Shown: positions 51,220-60,864 of the stretch, one piece after another
Layout of the letters: each line of letters starts with the position of its first letter
Numbering within the stretch: the first letter of the stretch is position 1
Sequence record: NC_031927.1
Strand: one strand, 5' to 3'
Length of the DNA: 64,000 nt
Made by a program: the position numbers and the translations under genes
Notes under the pieces: generated by a model
What the model saw: only the letters and a program-made list of their open reading frames with translations
Databases searched by the model: none
What the model was told of the DNA's origin: nothing

Positions 51220-51477
51220 ATGCGATCACTACTACTAGCGGGGGTCTTGATGCTCTCCACACTACCAGCACAAGCCCAGACCCGTGTGGTGTGTGGTTTT
51301 ATGCTAGAATACAATGCCTGCCTAACGGACAACACCAACACCACTGATATTGTGCTGGTACTAGGACCAGATGGTGGAGAGAGAATCACTATTGATTGTA
51401 GTAACAGTCAATGGAACTCACACGGTCCTAACACACAAGAGTTCGTTCAGTCCATCGTAGATTCTTACTGTAACTGA
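51220..51477 (+). CDS. Putative exported Cys-containing protein
   Basis: MRSLLLAGVLMLSTLPAQA signal peptide; repeat promoter upstream. Confidence 0.72.
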   Translation: MRSLLLAGVLMLSTLPAQAQTRVVCGFMLEYNACLTDNTNTTDIVLVLGPDGGERITIDCSNSQWNSHGPNTQEFVQSIVDSYCN

Positions 51478-51479
51478 TT

Positions 51480-52016
51480 ATGAAAGCATTTATCTCCGCA
51501 TTCCTTGCATCACTCGCTATTGCTGCTCCTGCTATGGCAGCACCACTCCCAGCAGATCATCAACGATTTGTAGACACAATGGTCAACGATGGTGTGATCT
51601 TCAAGGTTAATGAACCAGCAGAGCTATGTTATGGTGATAAAGACGTTGACGGTGGCTATGTTGTATATAAAGGTGATCGCTATCTAGTAGTATGTCAAGA
51701 CAATCGCACAACCAGTGATGTAACAAACTGGACTGCTAATGACCTTGATACTATCAGACACGAAGGTTTCCACGTCATCCAAGACTGTATGTCAGGAGCC
51801 AAGAATGATAATGTATTTGATACAGTATTCACTAGTCAAGAGGAGGTCATTGATGCTCTTGGTGTAGAAGAAGCAATGCGCATTACGAGTATCTATTCTA
51901 ATAACTATAATAAAGATAGGCACGGTGATATTAAGATGGAGATTGAAGCATTCTATGCTGCTAGGGACTACTCTGCTACAGAACTAAATTCTTTGTACAC
52001 ACAATACTGTAAGTAA
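51480..52016 (+). CDS. Putative exported zinc metallopeptidase (HExxH)
   Basis: Signal peptide (AAPAMA), IRHEGFHVIQD, distal EIEA. Confidence 0.75.
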   Translation: MKAFISAFLASLAIAAPAMAAPLPADHQRFVDTMVNDGVIFKVNEPAELCYGDKDVDGGYVVYKGDRYLVVCQDNRTTSDVTNWTANDLDTIRHEGFHVIQDCMSGAKNDNVFDTVFTSQEEVIDALGVEEAMRITSIYSNNYNKDRHGDIKMEIEAFYAARDYSATELNSLYTQYCK

Positions 52017-52390
52017 AATGAAACGCTACGGTCTTTATTGGTTACGAGCACTCACACTAGGTGCTGGTCTTAATGCTCTTATTGTAAGCTCATTGATGAA
52101 TCATAGGGATTGGAAGTTTCATCAAGCAGCACCTATTGGAGCTCTTGTGTGTGTTAATTGTTCCTTTGCTGCTGACCGTCTTATCTTTGGTAGAACAAAA
52201 AAGAAGGCAGTTGTACCCACCATAACACCTACCGAGACACCCCACAGTTGCCCTGTATGCTCTGACTACCCTTGTGTATGTGACGCTTGGAAAAGTGGCT
52301 CATAAGAGCATACAGTGCCCACTCATAGACTATAATTACAGGAGTAGACACACCCCCACCTCAATCAAACAAACTACACACAAATAACAA

Positions 52391-52549
52391 ATGAAAACAT
52401 CACACACTGTATTAATTTCAGCTACAGCAGCATCTTCATTCGTCATTGGTAAGAACTATGCACCTCGAACAACTTGGGACATTTTTATTGTTTTGTTGCT
52501 AACTGCTATTATGAGTCTTATGATTCAATTTGTGAGGGAAAATAGTTGA
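52391..52549 (+). CDS. Small membrane protein, copy 1
   Basis: Manual ORF MKTSHTVLISATAASSFVIGKNYAP... Confidence 0.6.
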   Translation: MKTSHTVLISATAASSFVIGKNYAPRTTWDIFIVLLLTAIMSLMIQFVRENS

Positions 52550-52639
52550 GGTATATTCTAATTCCACCCATTGCAGCGCCTATTCACCTGTCGCGCCACT
52601 AATTGTACTTGCAGTAATCTTTACTTTGGATAATAAACT

Positions 52640-52816
52640 ATGAAAACATCACACACTGTATTAATTTCAGCTACAGCAGCATCTTCATTCGTCATTGGTA
52701 TGAACTACGCACCTATAATATCTTATAATATTTTTGCTGTTTTAGCACTAACTGCTGTATTTACTCTTATTGTTAAAGGAATCCAATTCATTATTAAAAA
52801 CCCAAATGAAATCTAA
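52640..52816 (+). CDS. Small membrane protein, copy 2
   Basis: Manual ORF MKTSHTVLISATAASSFVIGMNYAP...; first ~60 nt identical to copy 1. Confidence 0.6.
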   Translation: MKTSHTVLISATAASSFVIGMNYAPIISYNIFAVLALTAVFTLIVKGIQFIIKNPNEI

Positions 52817-52969
52817 CTATCTACCATATATTGTTGTAGGGCTCACTATTGTTGTTGGTGTTAATCTATGGGTAATTGAGAGAGATGCCGAATCATTTGA
52901 ACGTTGGTGTTCTAGTGAATCAGCACAGACACAAAGTCTAGCTTGTTACCCACAGTTAAACCCAATGCC

Positions 52970-53668
52970 CTAATCATCATCAGCATAGAACCACATATAA
53001 CCTTTCCAACGTTGATTCCATTTGATAGAAGTACAAATGCCTTTACCTCTATCATCTTCACCCATAGCTCTCATAGCATCACTGATAGAGTCGAAGATAG
53101 GAGTAACGTGACCTTCTTTGTGTATGCCGTATACCTTACGTTTGTTACTACCAATTTGTTTATATACCCACCATTTGTATCCATAGGCAGTACCATCTCT
53201 AGCAATAGCATCTTTAATTTTAGTTATCTTACCATTAGCAAACTCAGCAGCAGCTTTCCATCCGTGATGAGTCTTAAGCTTGCCCGTTTTAGTACAACGT
53301 GATTTAATGGTATTACAAGGGTGTTTAGGTGATGGTTTCTTCTTTCTCTGTATGCCCCATTTACGCTTACTAGTAGTATGCCGTTCCCTTGTAATGTTAT
53401 GCTCTAATACGTCTTGATTATACTCTGGTTTATATCTATCGAACCAGTATTCCATACGGTTAGCAATGTCACACTTATAATACTCTTCAAGTATAGATAT
53501 CTTAAAATTAGAGGGATTGTAACGTCTCATCGACATAAATAGCGAGCTATTCTCAGACTCATATTTTTGTAACATTTCACGCCACTCTCGATTGAGTGGT
53601 TTTTCCGTGTAATCTATGTAAGAGTGCCCTGTTTCAAGGTTTTTAATGACGTAGATGTTATAGAGCAT
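52970..53668 (-). CDS. GIY-YIG homing-endonuclease-like protein with two NUMOD1-like repeats
   Basis: NIYVIKN..TG.SYID, R, F.I.ILE, YN core; two C-terminal repeats ending GYKWWVY / GYMWFY. Confidence 0.78.
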   Translation of the reverse strand: MLYNIYVIKNLETGHSYIDYTEKPLNREWREMLQKYESENSSLFMSMRRYNPSNFKISILEEYYKCDIANRMEYWFDRYKPEYNQDVLEHNITRERHTTSKRKWGIQRKKKPSPKHPCNTIKSRCTKTGKLKTHHGWKAAAEFANGKITKIKDAIARDGTAYGYKWWVYKQIGSNKRKVYGIHKEGHVTPIFDSISDAMRAMGEDDRGKGICTSIKWNQRWKGYMWFYADDD

Positions 53669-53733
53669 TTGAGGTGTTTCTCTCTTTTATTATAGTATGT
53701 ATATTAAATATGTAAATAAACTAGGTTAGCTAC

Positions 53734-53763
53734 TTGACACCGATGAGTAGTATGCTATATAAT
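53734..53763 (+). promoter_or_regulatory. Consensus sigma70 promoter TTGACA-N18-TATAAT facing the 9-bp repeat
   Basis: Exact hexamers read directly. Confidence 0.75.
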
Positions 53764-53865
53764 AGTAACGTTCACGATGAATGTAGAAGATAAACCCAAC
53801 CAACCTAAACGATTGATTGAGTTGTTAATATAATCACTTGTAAGCACATAGGAACCATCTATACC

Positions 53866-53988
53866 CATAGAGTACATAGAGCCTATTAGCTCCATAGAGT
53901 CCATAGAGCCTATTAGCTCCATAGAGCCTATTAGCTCCATAGAGTCCATAGAGCCTATTAGCTCCATAGAGTCCCATAAAGTCCATAA
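53866..53988. repeat. Higher-order 9-bp tandem repeat (CATAGAGCC / TATTAGCTC / CATAGAGTC)
   Basis: About 13 consecutive 9-nt units read directly. Confidence 0.92.
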
Positions 53989-54327
53989 GGGGTACCCACT
54001 CATAACCGATGGGTCACCCGAGTCTTAGCCTATTTTCTATCGAAAGTCAAGCGGAACCCCACGGGACACAAAATTTTCTGGGAAATACCTCGGAAAAGTC
54101 CTCTCAGGTTCTCTCATAGAACTCTCATAAAGGTATCCTAAATAGATGTGCTTATCGACACAGCAATACGCTATAAACCTTAAGGATACTAGCTATTGCT
54201 TGAAAGACTGCTATAATATATCCATAGGGGGAAAGCAATGCCCCCACGTCAATCCCCCATATGGGGGAAAGACACTATGGTCATCTTCACAAACTGATGA
54301 ACCTCTGATCCATTACTTCCTACTACT

Positions 54328-54579
54328 ATGGCAATGATCTACTTATTTGAATCCAACCAAGACCTAGCTCAACGGGGCGGCGGTGTAATGTCGTGGGATG
54401 GCGAACCCGAAGAGATGTGGGGTGAAGTCAATCCTAACAATATCTCTAATGGTGATATCGCTGATATCATTGAGATGATTGGTCGTCCCGCATCTGCCGA
54501 GGTTGCTGCTGCTGAATATGATGAGTATCGTGATGAGCGTGATAGCTCTGAGCGTATGGCTGATCGTTATGGTTGCTGA
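54328..54579 (+). CDS. Acidic hypothetical protein
   Basis: ORF track; plausible composition. Confidence 0.55.
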   Translation: MAMIYLFESNQDLAQRGGGVMSWDGEPEEMWGEVNPNNISNGDIADIIEMIGRPASAEVAAAEYDEYRDERDSSERMADRYGC

Positions 54580-54584
54580 TGTAA

Positions 54585-54895
54585 TAATACTGCGCTGTAA
54601 ATAACCTTCGCGTGTGATATACTGCGATGCATATAACCTGTGTGCCTGCATACACTGCGCAGCATATAACATGCATTACGCAGCATATATCGCAGCATAT
54701 ATGCACACATTACGCAGTATATCTCGTACACGTACACGCAGTATATAATAATATTGTTCACTGCGGGAGCTGACACTCTCGCAGTATTTTTATGTGTCTC
54801 GCTGCGCCCCCTCTGATAAAGGCACAGCGGACTGCGGAATCTCTTAAGGATCCTGGAGATATTATAACATATGCGTATCACGCAGCGCAAGTGGG
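54585..54895. repeat. TACTGCG/CGCAG(T/C)ATAT-rich low-complexity repeat block
   Basis: Many direct and inverted copies; ACTGCGCAGCATATAACATGCA recurs at 56921-56942. Confidence 0.8.
54861..54890 (-). promoter_or_regulatory. Minus-strand sigma70-like promoter TTGCGC-N18-TATAAT facing the CGCAG repeat block
   Basis: + strand ATTATA (54861-54866) and GCGCAA (54885-54890). Confidence 0.5.
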
Positions 54896-54974
54896 TCTCA
54901 GAGTACTCTCATATATACTATTCTAGGTTTTTCCTAGAATATGTGCTATAATATATCTTCACCACCTTGGGCTA

Positions 54975-55142
54975 ATGAATACCTCGTACTCTCATAGAAA
55001 GTCTATTAGTATTACTTTAGACTTGGAAGTTTATGATGATTTTAATTACAATGAAATTGATTTTAATTCTTTATTAGAATTAGAAGGTAATGAGACTGTA
55101 GAGGTTAGTATTACCGACCATTCTGATGTAGAAGTATATTAA
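54975..55142 (+). CDS. Small acidic hypothetical protein (55 aa)
   Basis: Manual ORF MNTSYSHRKSISITLDLEVYDDF...; TGCTATAAT upstream. Confidence 0.6.
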   Translation: MNTSYSHRKSISITLDLEVYDDFNYNEIDFNSLLELEGNETVEVSITDHSDVEVY

Positions 55143-55284
55143 TATACTTTGTAATTATACTTTGAGTTAATTGTTATTGCTTAATGAGGCATTATGTGCC
55201 AATAGGTGAAGTGTCCACAAAACCGAATATTTACCTCAGGATGCCTTATAGTTGATTCATCAACACAAAGGGGCATCCTTTTTA

Positions 55285-55566
55285 ATGAATACCGAGTATC
55301 AACTGGCAGACACAATTACTGAAACTTTAACAACAATTTCATCTCGTTGTAGTCAGTTAATCAATGAAGATCGCCTAGAAGATGTTACATCAATGCTCAA
55401 TGAGTGGACACTTAATGATGACACAGTAGTGCTGACTCACTTCCTCAATGAGACTACTGATAGTATTGAAGATCAGCTGATGTATGTTACTATGAGTGAA
55501 ACTCACATCACAGAGGGGTCATTCTGGTTTGATCCCGAGGTTGAACTCCCCACCGACAACATTTAA
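55285..55566 (+). CDS. Array cassette gene, hypothetical
   Basis: ATG after the element at 55196. Confidence 0.65.
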   Translation: MNTEYQLADTITETLTTISSRCSQLINEDRLEDVTSMLNEWTLNDDTVVLTHFLNETTDSIEDQLMYVTMSETHITEGSFWFDPEVELPTDNI

Positions 55567-55848
55567 TTTTATTAAAAAAATGAATCTTACAAACGACCAG
55601 CGCCTAGCTCTTGCTCAACGTATTACTGATGAGTTCAATTTGTTCGTTAAAGAAGAACTAGTATATCAAGTTGATGATATGAAAGATAACGACCAGCTGA
55701 ATCACGACTACTATATTACATCTAGCGATCAAGAGGATATCACAAAACTAGTAATTGACCTCATCGCTGTGCCAGTTAGCTAGTGTCCACTAAATCCCCC
55801 ACTGGTCCGCTAGTGGGTTATATTACATACATCAACACAAGAACCCCA

Positions 55849-56037
55849 ATGACCTCCGATCTCATCGAACTAATGGAAGCACAGGGATCCGATGGAATCC
55901 TAGAAATGATGGCTGATAGAGATGGTTCAGCTTTCTTGCTTGATAGGCTCTTTGCTTCAATGGATGAGACGGAAGTTGCCGAGTGGACCACCTGGTTAAA
56001 GACCAGTTTGAAAACCTACACATCAAACCAACCATAG
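55849..56037 (+). CDS. Array cassette gene, hypothetical
   Basis: ATG after element; track start 55783 lies in the repeat. Confidence 0.65.
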   Translation: MTSDLIELMEAQGSDGILEMMADRDGSAFLLDRLFASMDETEVAEWTTWLKTSLKTYTSNQP

Positions 56038-56080
56038 GGTCCTCAATGCCCTATACTAATCACATCAACACAGGACCCCA

Positions 56081-56278
56081 ATGGACATCAGAGTATACTG
56101 TACATCTGAGGAGAGTTTAAACCAAGCAGTGGAGCTTATCCAAATGCTAGACGATAATGCTAGTATCTCCACGTGGGAGCCTGATGGGGACGATGGGACC
56201 TATGGGGCATTCGTTGATGGTATTGACGATCAACTAGCCACCACCTTGGGACAGTTGTACGAAGTGTCCACTGACTGA
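56081..56278 (+). CDS. Array cassette gene, acidic hypothetical
   Basis: ATG after element. Confidence 0.7.
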   Translation: MDIRVYCTSEESLNQAVELIQMLDDNASISTWEPDGDDGTYGAFVDGIDDQLATTLGQLYEVSTD

Positions 56279-56329
56279 CCCACTGGGCTCCTAATGCCCT
56301 ATACTAATCACATCAACACAGGAACCCCA

Positions 56330-56485
56330 ATGAAAAAGTCATTCAAGGTTTGTCTCTCAAAGATGGATAATCCAAATTTCCTTAATTTTATTATTGTTGA
56401 GGATTGTGTTGATATGGATGAATGTGTTGAACATATTCACTCCACCGAAAGAGGATGGGTGATTGATTCTATCAAGCAGCTTTGA
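56330..56485 (+). CDS. Array cassette gene, hypothetical
   Basis: ATG after GGAAC RBS; track start 56294 lies in the hairpin. Confidence 0.65.
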   Translation: MKKSFKVCLSKMDNPNFLNFIIVEDCVDMDECVEHIHSTERGWVIDSIKQL

Positions 56486-56567
56486 TGGGACACTTAGCTA
56501 AGTGACCACTGAACCACCCATAGGGCACTCAATGCCCTATACTAATCACATCAACACAAAACAACCA

Positions 56568-56888
56568 ATGACCACTGCCCCACATTTCGTTCGTTCTACA
56601 ATGAGCCTCGGACCTACTGAGAGCATCTGCTTCAAAGTGAGCTGTGACGCAAAAGCACAATGGGAGAATGGAATCTTCCACAACTCACGATATGGAATCT
56701 TCTTTCTTTGTGAGGAGGGAGGGAAGCTGAAGCTTGAGCTCACATCAAAGGGACTCGACACCATTAAGTTCCGTAAGTGTACAGTCAAGAGTGAAGCAGG
56801 GGCAGTGAACCGCATCCTAAAATGGATGGGTGATATTATGGGAGACAGTATCTTCCTTCCTATGCCTGAGTTTGAGGAAGCAAACTAA
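56568..56888 (+). CDS. Array cassette gene, hypothetical (W.NGIFHNSRY)
   Basis: ATG after element. Confidence 0.7.
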   Translation: MTTAPHFVRSTMSLGPTESICFKVSCDAKAQWENGIFHNSRYGIFFLCEEGGKLKLELTSKGLDTIKFRKCTVKSEAGAVNRILKWMGDIMGDSIFLPMPEFEEAN

Positions 56889-57222
56889 CAGCGCTCTATT
56901 TAACCTTCGCATCATAATATACTGCGCAGCATATAACATGCACGCAGTATATAATATACATCACACACATTACTAATGAACAACTACATCGACGACGCAG
57001 CACTCTATGAAGATATACTGCGCGAGGACGAAGTATATAATGGGCTACGCAGGCTTGAGCTGCCTGTAAGGGATGGACGCAGGCAACAGCGTAGACGCAG
57101 GGAGCGCCAGCGTCAAGCTTGTTACAATAAGTATCACAACTAGGACAGTATACTAACTGTCCACCAAACCAACACAGCGCAGCCATCTGCGCTATATTAT
57201 ATACATCAACACAAGGAACCCA

Positions 57223-57390
57223 ATGAACACATTCACACCCAATCCTATGCTTGAGATGTTAATGAGTCGTGAACAGTTAATGGAAGATATTGATGTGATT
57301 GTTGATAGTTTTGACCGTGATTCAGAAAGTAATGATGATTTAGTTTCCAGGCTATGTGATGCTGTATGTGCTAATTTCCCCGCTAAGTAA
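57223..57390 (+). CDS. Array cassette gene (55 aa)
   Basis: Manual ORF MNTFTPNPMLEMLMSREQLMEDID...LCDAVCANFP. Confidence 0.7.
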   Translation: MNTFTPNPMLEMLMSREQLMEDIDVIVDSFDRDSESNDDLVSRLCDAVCANFPAK

Positions 57391-57727
57391 TCCTAACTCA
57401 CACTACACTATCTAACAATGAACCTCGGTCATCTTCAAACAAAAATGTTGACGTTCGTCAATGAGCGTCCTGGTTTTCATCACATAAGAAAAGACAGAGA
57501 TACACTTAGAGTGGCTAATTCACTCGCAAAGCGTAACTTAATAATACTTGAAGAATATCTTGGAGACTATACTATTCGGGCTATTGATAGCGAACGTGTT
57601 GATGTAAATGATTATAACTACGCAGGGAGTAGGCATCACTATTGAGTGTGCCAGTTGCGCTAGTGTCCACTAAATCACCCACTGGGCTCCTGGTGGGTTA
57701 TATTAATCACATCAACACAAAACCTCA

Positions 57728-57970
57728 ATGAACACCCTCAAAGATCTCCAAGCTAGAGTTGCCGCACTAATTGAACAGCAAGGCGAAGATTCTGTATGTG
57801 CTGCGTGGATTTACACTGGCGAAGATGTTATTAGATATGACGAAAATTGTGATGCAATACGTCAGCCCAAAGAATTGAGTGATAAAGTAATAAATGGTTT
57901 AGATGACTATGATTACATTTATCAAGTTATTGATGAGGCTATTACTCAAGAATTAGATGAGTGTGTGTGA
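57728..57970 (+). CDS. Array cassette gene, hypothetical
   Basis: ATG after element. Confidence 0.75.
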   Translation: MNTLKDLQARVAALIEQQGEDSVCAAWIYTGEDVIRYDENCDAIRQPKELSDKVINGLDDYDYIYQVIDEAITQELDECV

Positions 57971-58050
57971 CAGTTGGGCTAGTGTCCACTGGGGCTAGCA
58001 GCTCCCCTCCTAGCTGCTACAATTGATTCATACCAAACAAGGGAACTCAA

Positions 58051-58251
58051 ATGACCACCGTTGAAATCAACTACGAAATCGCCAAGCTTCGTGAGGAGCG
58101 TCAGCAGCTGCTGAACCGTGCGAACGTAATCGGTGATTGTATCCAAGAGCTTGCGCAGCTGCGCACCAAACAGCAACTTGCCTCAAAGCGTGAGCACGAT
58201 GAGCGCTTCGAGTCCAGTGAAGACCTATTCGCTGAGATGTTTGGCGGTTGA
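58051..58251 (+). CDS. Array cassette gene, coiled-coil
   Basis: ATG after element; heptad pattern. Confidence 0.75.
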   Translation: MTTVEINYEIAKLREERQQLLNRANVIGDCIQELAQLRTKQQLASKREHDERFESSEDLFAEMFGG

Positions 58252-58325
58252 TTAAGTGGCACAAGGGGGCTAGGCAAGCCCCCACCACCTGCTACAATTG
58301 ATTCATACCAAACAAAGGAACCCCA

Positions 58326-58592
58326 ATGACTTCAGTTTTTCTAGTATTTCATGTTGAGTATCCTTTCAACGAAGGCTGTGATAATGTTATTGGTGATGAA
58401 TTCTCTAAAGTATTTCATACCAAAGAAGATGCTGAAGAGTACATTAAGAAGACTGATGTTTCAGAGTCAGTACGAGTTGCTAAGTGGGCAAAAGAAAAGT
58501 GTGATAGGTTGGGTTGGGGTGAGGACATGCTTAAGCGCCTGATTAAATCAAATGTCAAAGAATGGGAGATTAAAGAAATACCATTCGGCTGA
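58326..58592 (+). CDS. Array cassette gene, hypothetical
   Basis: ATG after element. Confidence 0.75.
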   Translation: MTSVFLVFHVEYPFNEGCDNVIGDEFSKVFHTKEDAEEYIKKTDVSESVRVAKWAKEKCDRLGWGEDMLKRLIKSNVKEWEIKEIPFG

Positions 58593-58973
58593 TGCCCTCT
58601 CGCTACAAATAAAAACCACTAAAAAACACAAAATGATCTCAACTCAAATCACTATTACAATCAAACGTAGCGAGTGGGAATGTTACATCGACACCCCAGA
58701 TTCAGTCATCGAAACTATTAACAACTACTTTGCCTTTGTATTACAATCACGTGATACGGCATTAGAAGCACAAGCTGAAATCTTTAAGTTTATGTGCATG
58801 TTTAGTGAGTTTGGTTTCTATGATAGTGAGCCTAGGCAATGTGCAACAGATACTATTAACGATTTCTTCGGGACAAGCTTGAGCAGGTGGGACAGTTGAG
58901 CTAGTGGCACAAGGGAGCCGCCACTGGCTCCCACAGCTGCTATGATTACAAAGTAATCGAGGGAGACACCCCA

Positions 58974-59165
58974 ATGAACATTCAAGTCAACGGCTACGCA
59001 ATCGACACCCTTAAGCAAGCGCTTCAAGAGTCTTCGATGCTATGGCAAGAGCGTATCGACCAAGCCGAGCGTGGCGAACGTCAGAACCTCAGCATCGAGG
59101 GAGCTCGTGCGATGCAAGATGACTTGAGGGACATCCTAGAGCAAATCAGGTTGCAAGACGCCTGA
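58974..59165 (+). CDS. Array cassette gene, hypothetical
   Basis: ATG after element with GAGGGAG RBS. Confidence 0.75.
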   Translation: MNIQVNGYAIDTLKQALQESSMLWQERIDQAERGERQNLSIEGARAMQDDLRDILEQIRLQDA

Positions 59166-59238
59166 TCAACTGGCACACGGGAGCCACACAGGCTCCCACC
59201 ACCTGCTACAATTGATTCATACCAAACAAAGGAACCCA

Positions 59239-59496
59239 ATGAACGGCTGGACTAACTACGAAACCTGGAACGCATCACTTTGGATCAGCAACGAGGAGTT
59301 CCTCTACAACACCGCTCGCGCTTGCGTGACCTATTGTGACCCCAGCGAGCAGCCTTGGACCAAGTTCGTCCGTTGTATGACCGAGGGACAGATCGGCAGC
59401 TTCCTTGGTGAGACTGGCGATGGCGTCCGCTGGGATGATACCAGCATCAACGCCGATGAGATGAACGAGATGATGCTAGAGTTAGTCGCTGACTGA
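59239..59496 (+). CDS. Array cassette gene, conserved phage protein (NGWTNYETWN..LW..N)
   Basis: MNGWTNYETWNASLWISNEE...T.DGV.W.D pattern recalled from many phage small proteins. Confidence 0.8.
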   Translation: MNGWTNYETWNASLWISNEEFLYNTARACVTYCDPSEQPWTKFVRCMTEGQIGSFLGETGDGVRWDDTSINADEMNEMMLELVAD

Positions 59497-59567
59497 ACTG
59501 GCACAAGGGGGCTCGCAGCCCCCTCCCACAGCTGCTACAATTACAGAGTAATCAAAACACAGCACCA

Positions 59568-59738
59568 ATGACCGAAATGACTTTCTACGTGATGTTCAGC
59601 TCCGAGGAGCTTACAGAGCCAGACTACATTGGTCCTTTCTACAAGCTAGAAGACGCCGAAGATTACGCAGATCACCAGAACCAAGGGCTTGCGAACAACG
59701 GCATCCCTGGCTGGGTTGCTTCCTACGGGGTCGTCTGA
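59568..59738 (+). CDS. Array cassette gene (56 aa)
   Basis: Manual ORF with YIGPF..LEDAEDYA. Confidence 0.7.
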   Translation: MTEMTFYVMFSSEELTEPDYIGPFYKLEDAEDYADHQNQGLANNGIPGWVASYGVV

Positions 59739-60236
59739 ACCAATCTCCAAACTGTCCCAATGGGGTTGACGGTTCCCCTCAAAACCGTTATATTAGATTC
59801 ATCGGTTGAGCCACTCTCTACAGGCTCCCGGTTATCCACCTCATTTCTCTACAACAATGAAAACCACACTTTCCACAATCTTCAGCCGCAATAACGTGAT
59901 GAATGCCCTCCTGGCTCTCTGCACTGCTATCGAGTTCTGCTACGATATGGGCGCACGCTTCGGCACCTGGTATCGCAACGGCGGCAACGCACAGCTCCGC
60001 AATGCCTTCGTAATGGCTGTAGCCGCTCTCCTATGGCTCGGCGAGACCGCTAGGCTAGGTTATGCCGTGGTTCGCCGTGATGGTCCCCAATGGCTCGCAC
60101 AGGCTAACGCAACACGCCATCGTATCAGCCGCGCATTCAGCTACGAGTATGCCGCCTGAGGCACTGTCACAAGGGGGCTAGGCAAGCCCCCATCACCTGC
60201 TACAATTGATTCATACCAAACAAAGGGAGCCACCCA

Positions 60237-60467
60237 ATGTCCAGCACCACTTACACCCAGGCAGCTTACGCCGAAGCAATCCGCCGCCTCTCGGCTGGCT
60301 ACGTTTCAGAGTTTGCTGAGTTTGCTGCAGGTGATGAGAGGATGCATGAGCTGATGATGGAACTTGCTTCTGAGTTCGTTGATGCCAATCTACCCATCGT
60401 CAGGGAGGAGGACGCAATCGACGTAGCTGCTGAGCTCCACTTGGGCATCACAATCCGTGCCGTGTGA
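60237..60467 (+). CDS. Array cassette gene, hypothetical
   Basis: ATG after element. Confidence 0.75.
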   Translation: MSSTTYTQAAYAEAIRRLSAGYVSEFAEFAAGDERMHELMMELASEFVDANLPIVREEDAIDVAAELHLGITIRAV

Positions 60468-60549
60468 CGGCTGACCAACTATCACAAGGGGGCTTGCCTA
60501 GCCCCCACCACCTGCTACAATTGATTCATACCAAACAAAGGAACCTCAA

Positions 60550-60864
60550 ATGCGCAAGATTGAAATCCAAATGAACCGCGCTGTTCAGTCTGGCACCAAT
60601 TTCAGCCAAGCTAACACCTCAGTTCATCATCACGAGGGCGTAGCAATTGTCCGCCTACACGGTAGCAAGATCGCTGAGGTAGGCGACGATTTCATCACTC
60701 TCTTCGATGGTGGCTTCCAATCCAATACTACCAAGAGCCGCCTCAATGCCTTGATGGCTGAGTTCTGCTCACCCGGTGAGAACGTATTCCAGAAAGCTTA
60801 CCAGTGGTTCATTCGCGCTAACGGCGTCACCATCCCATTTGAGTCAGGTGTGACACTCCGCTAA
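60550..60864 (+). CDS. Array cassette gene, conserved phage protein (RLHG..IA...TTKSRLNA)
   Basis: ATG after element; recognisable small phage protein pattern. Confidence 0.8.
   Translation: MRKIEIQMNRAVQSGTNFSQANTSVHHHEGVAIVRLHGSKIAEVGDDFITLFDGGFQSNTTKSRLNALMAEFCSPGENVFQKAYQWFIRANGVTIPFESGVTLR

Noticed and set aside
52391-52816. Diversity-generating retroelement TR/VR pair
   Set aside because: No reverse transcriptase; differences are not adenine-specific and the 3' halves are unrelated
53755-54003. Minus-strand MELIGSMDS repeat protein as a confident CDS
   Set aside because: A 9-bp repeat keeps frames open automatically; no clear RBS; the ORF end overlaps the + strand promoter
54364-54890. 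ORFs 54364-54672(-), 54467-54706(-) and 54567-54890(-)
   Set aside because: Cys/Tyr/Met-rich low-complexity translations of the CGCAG/ATAT repeat block, overlapping a more plausible + strand ORF
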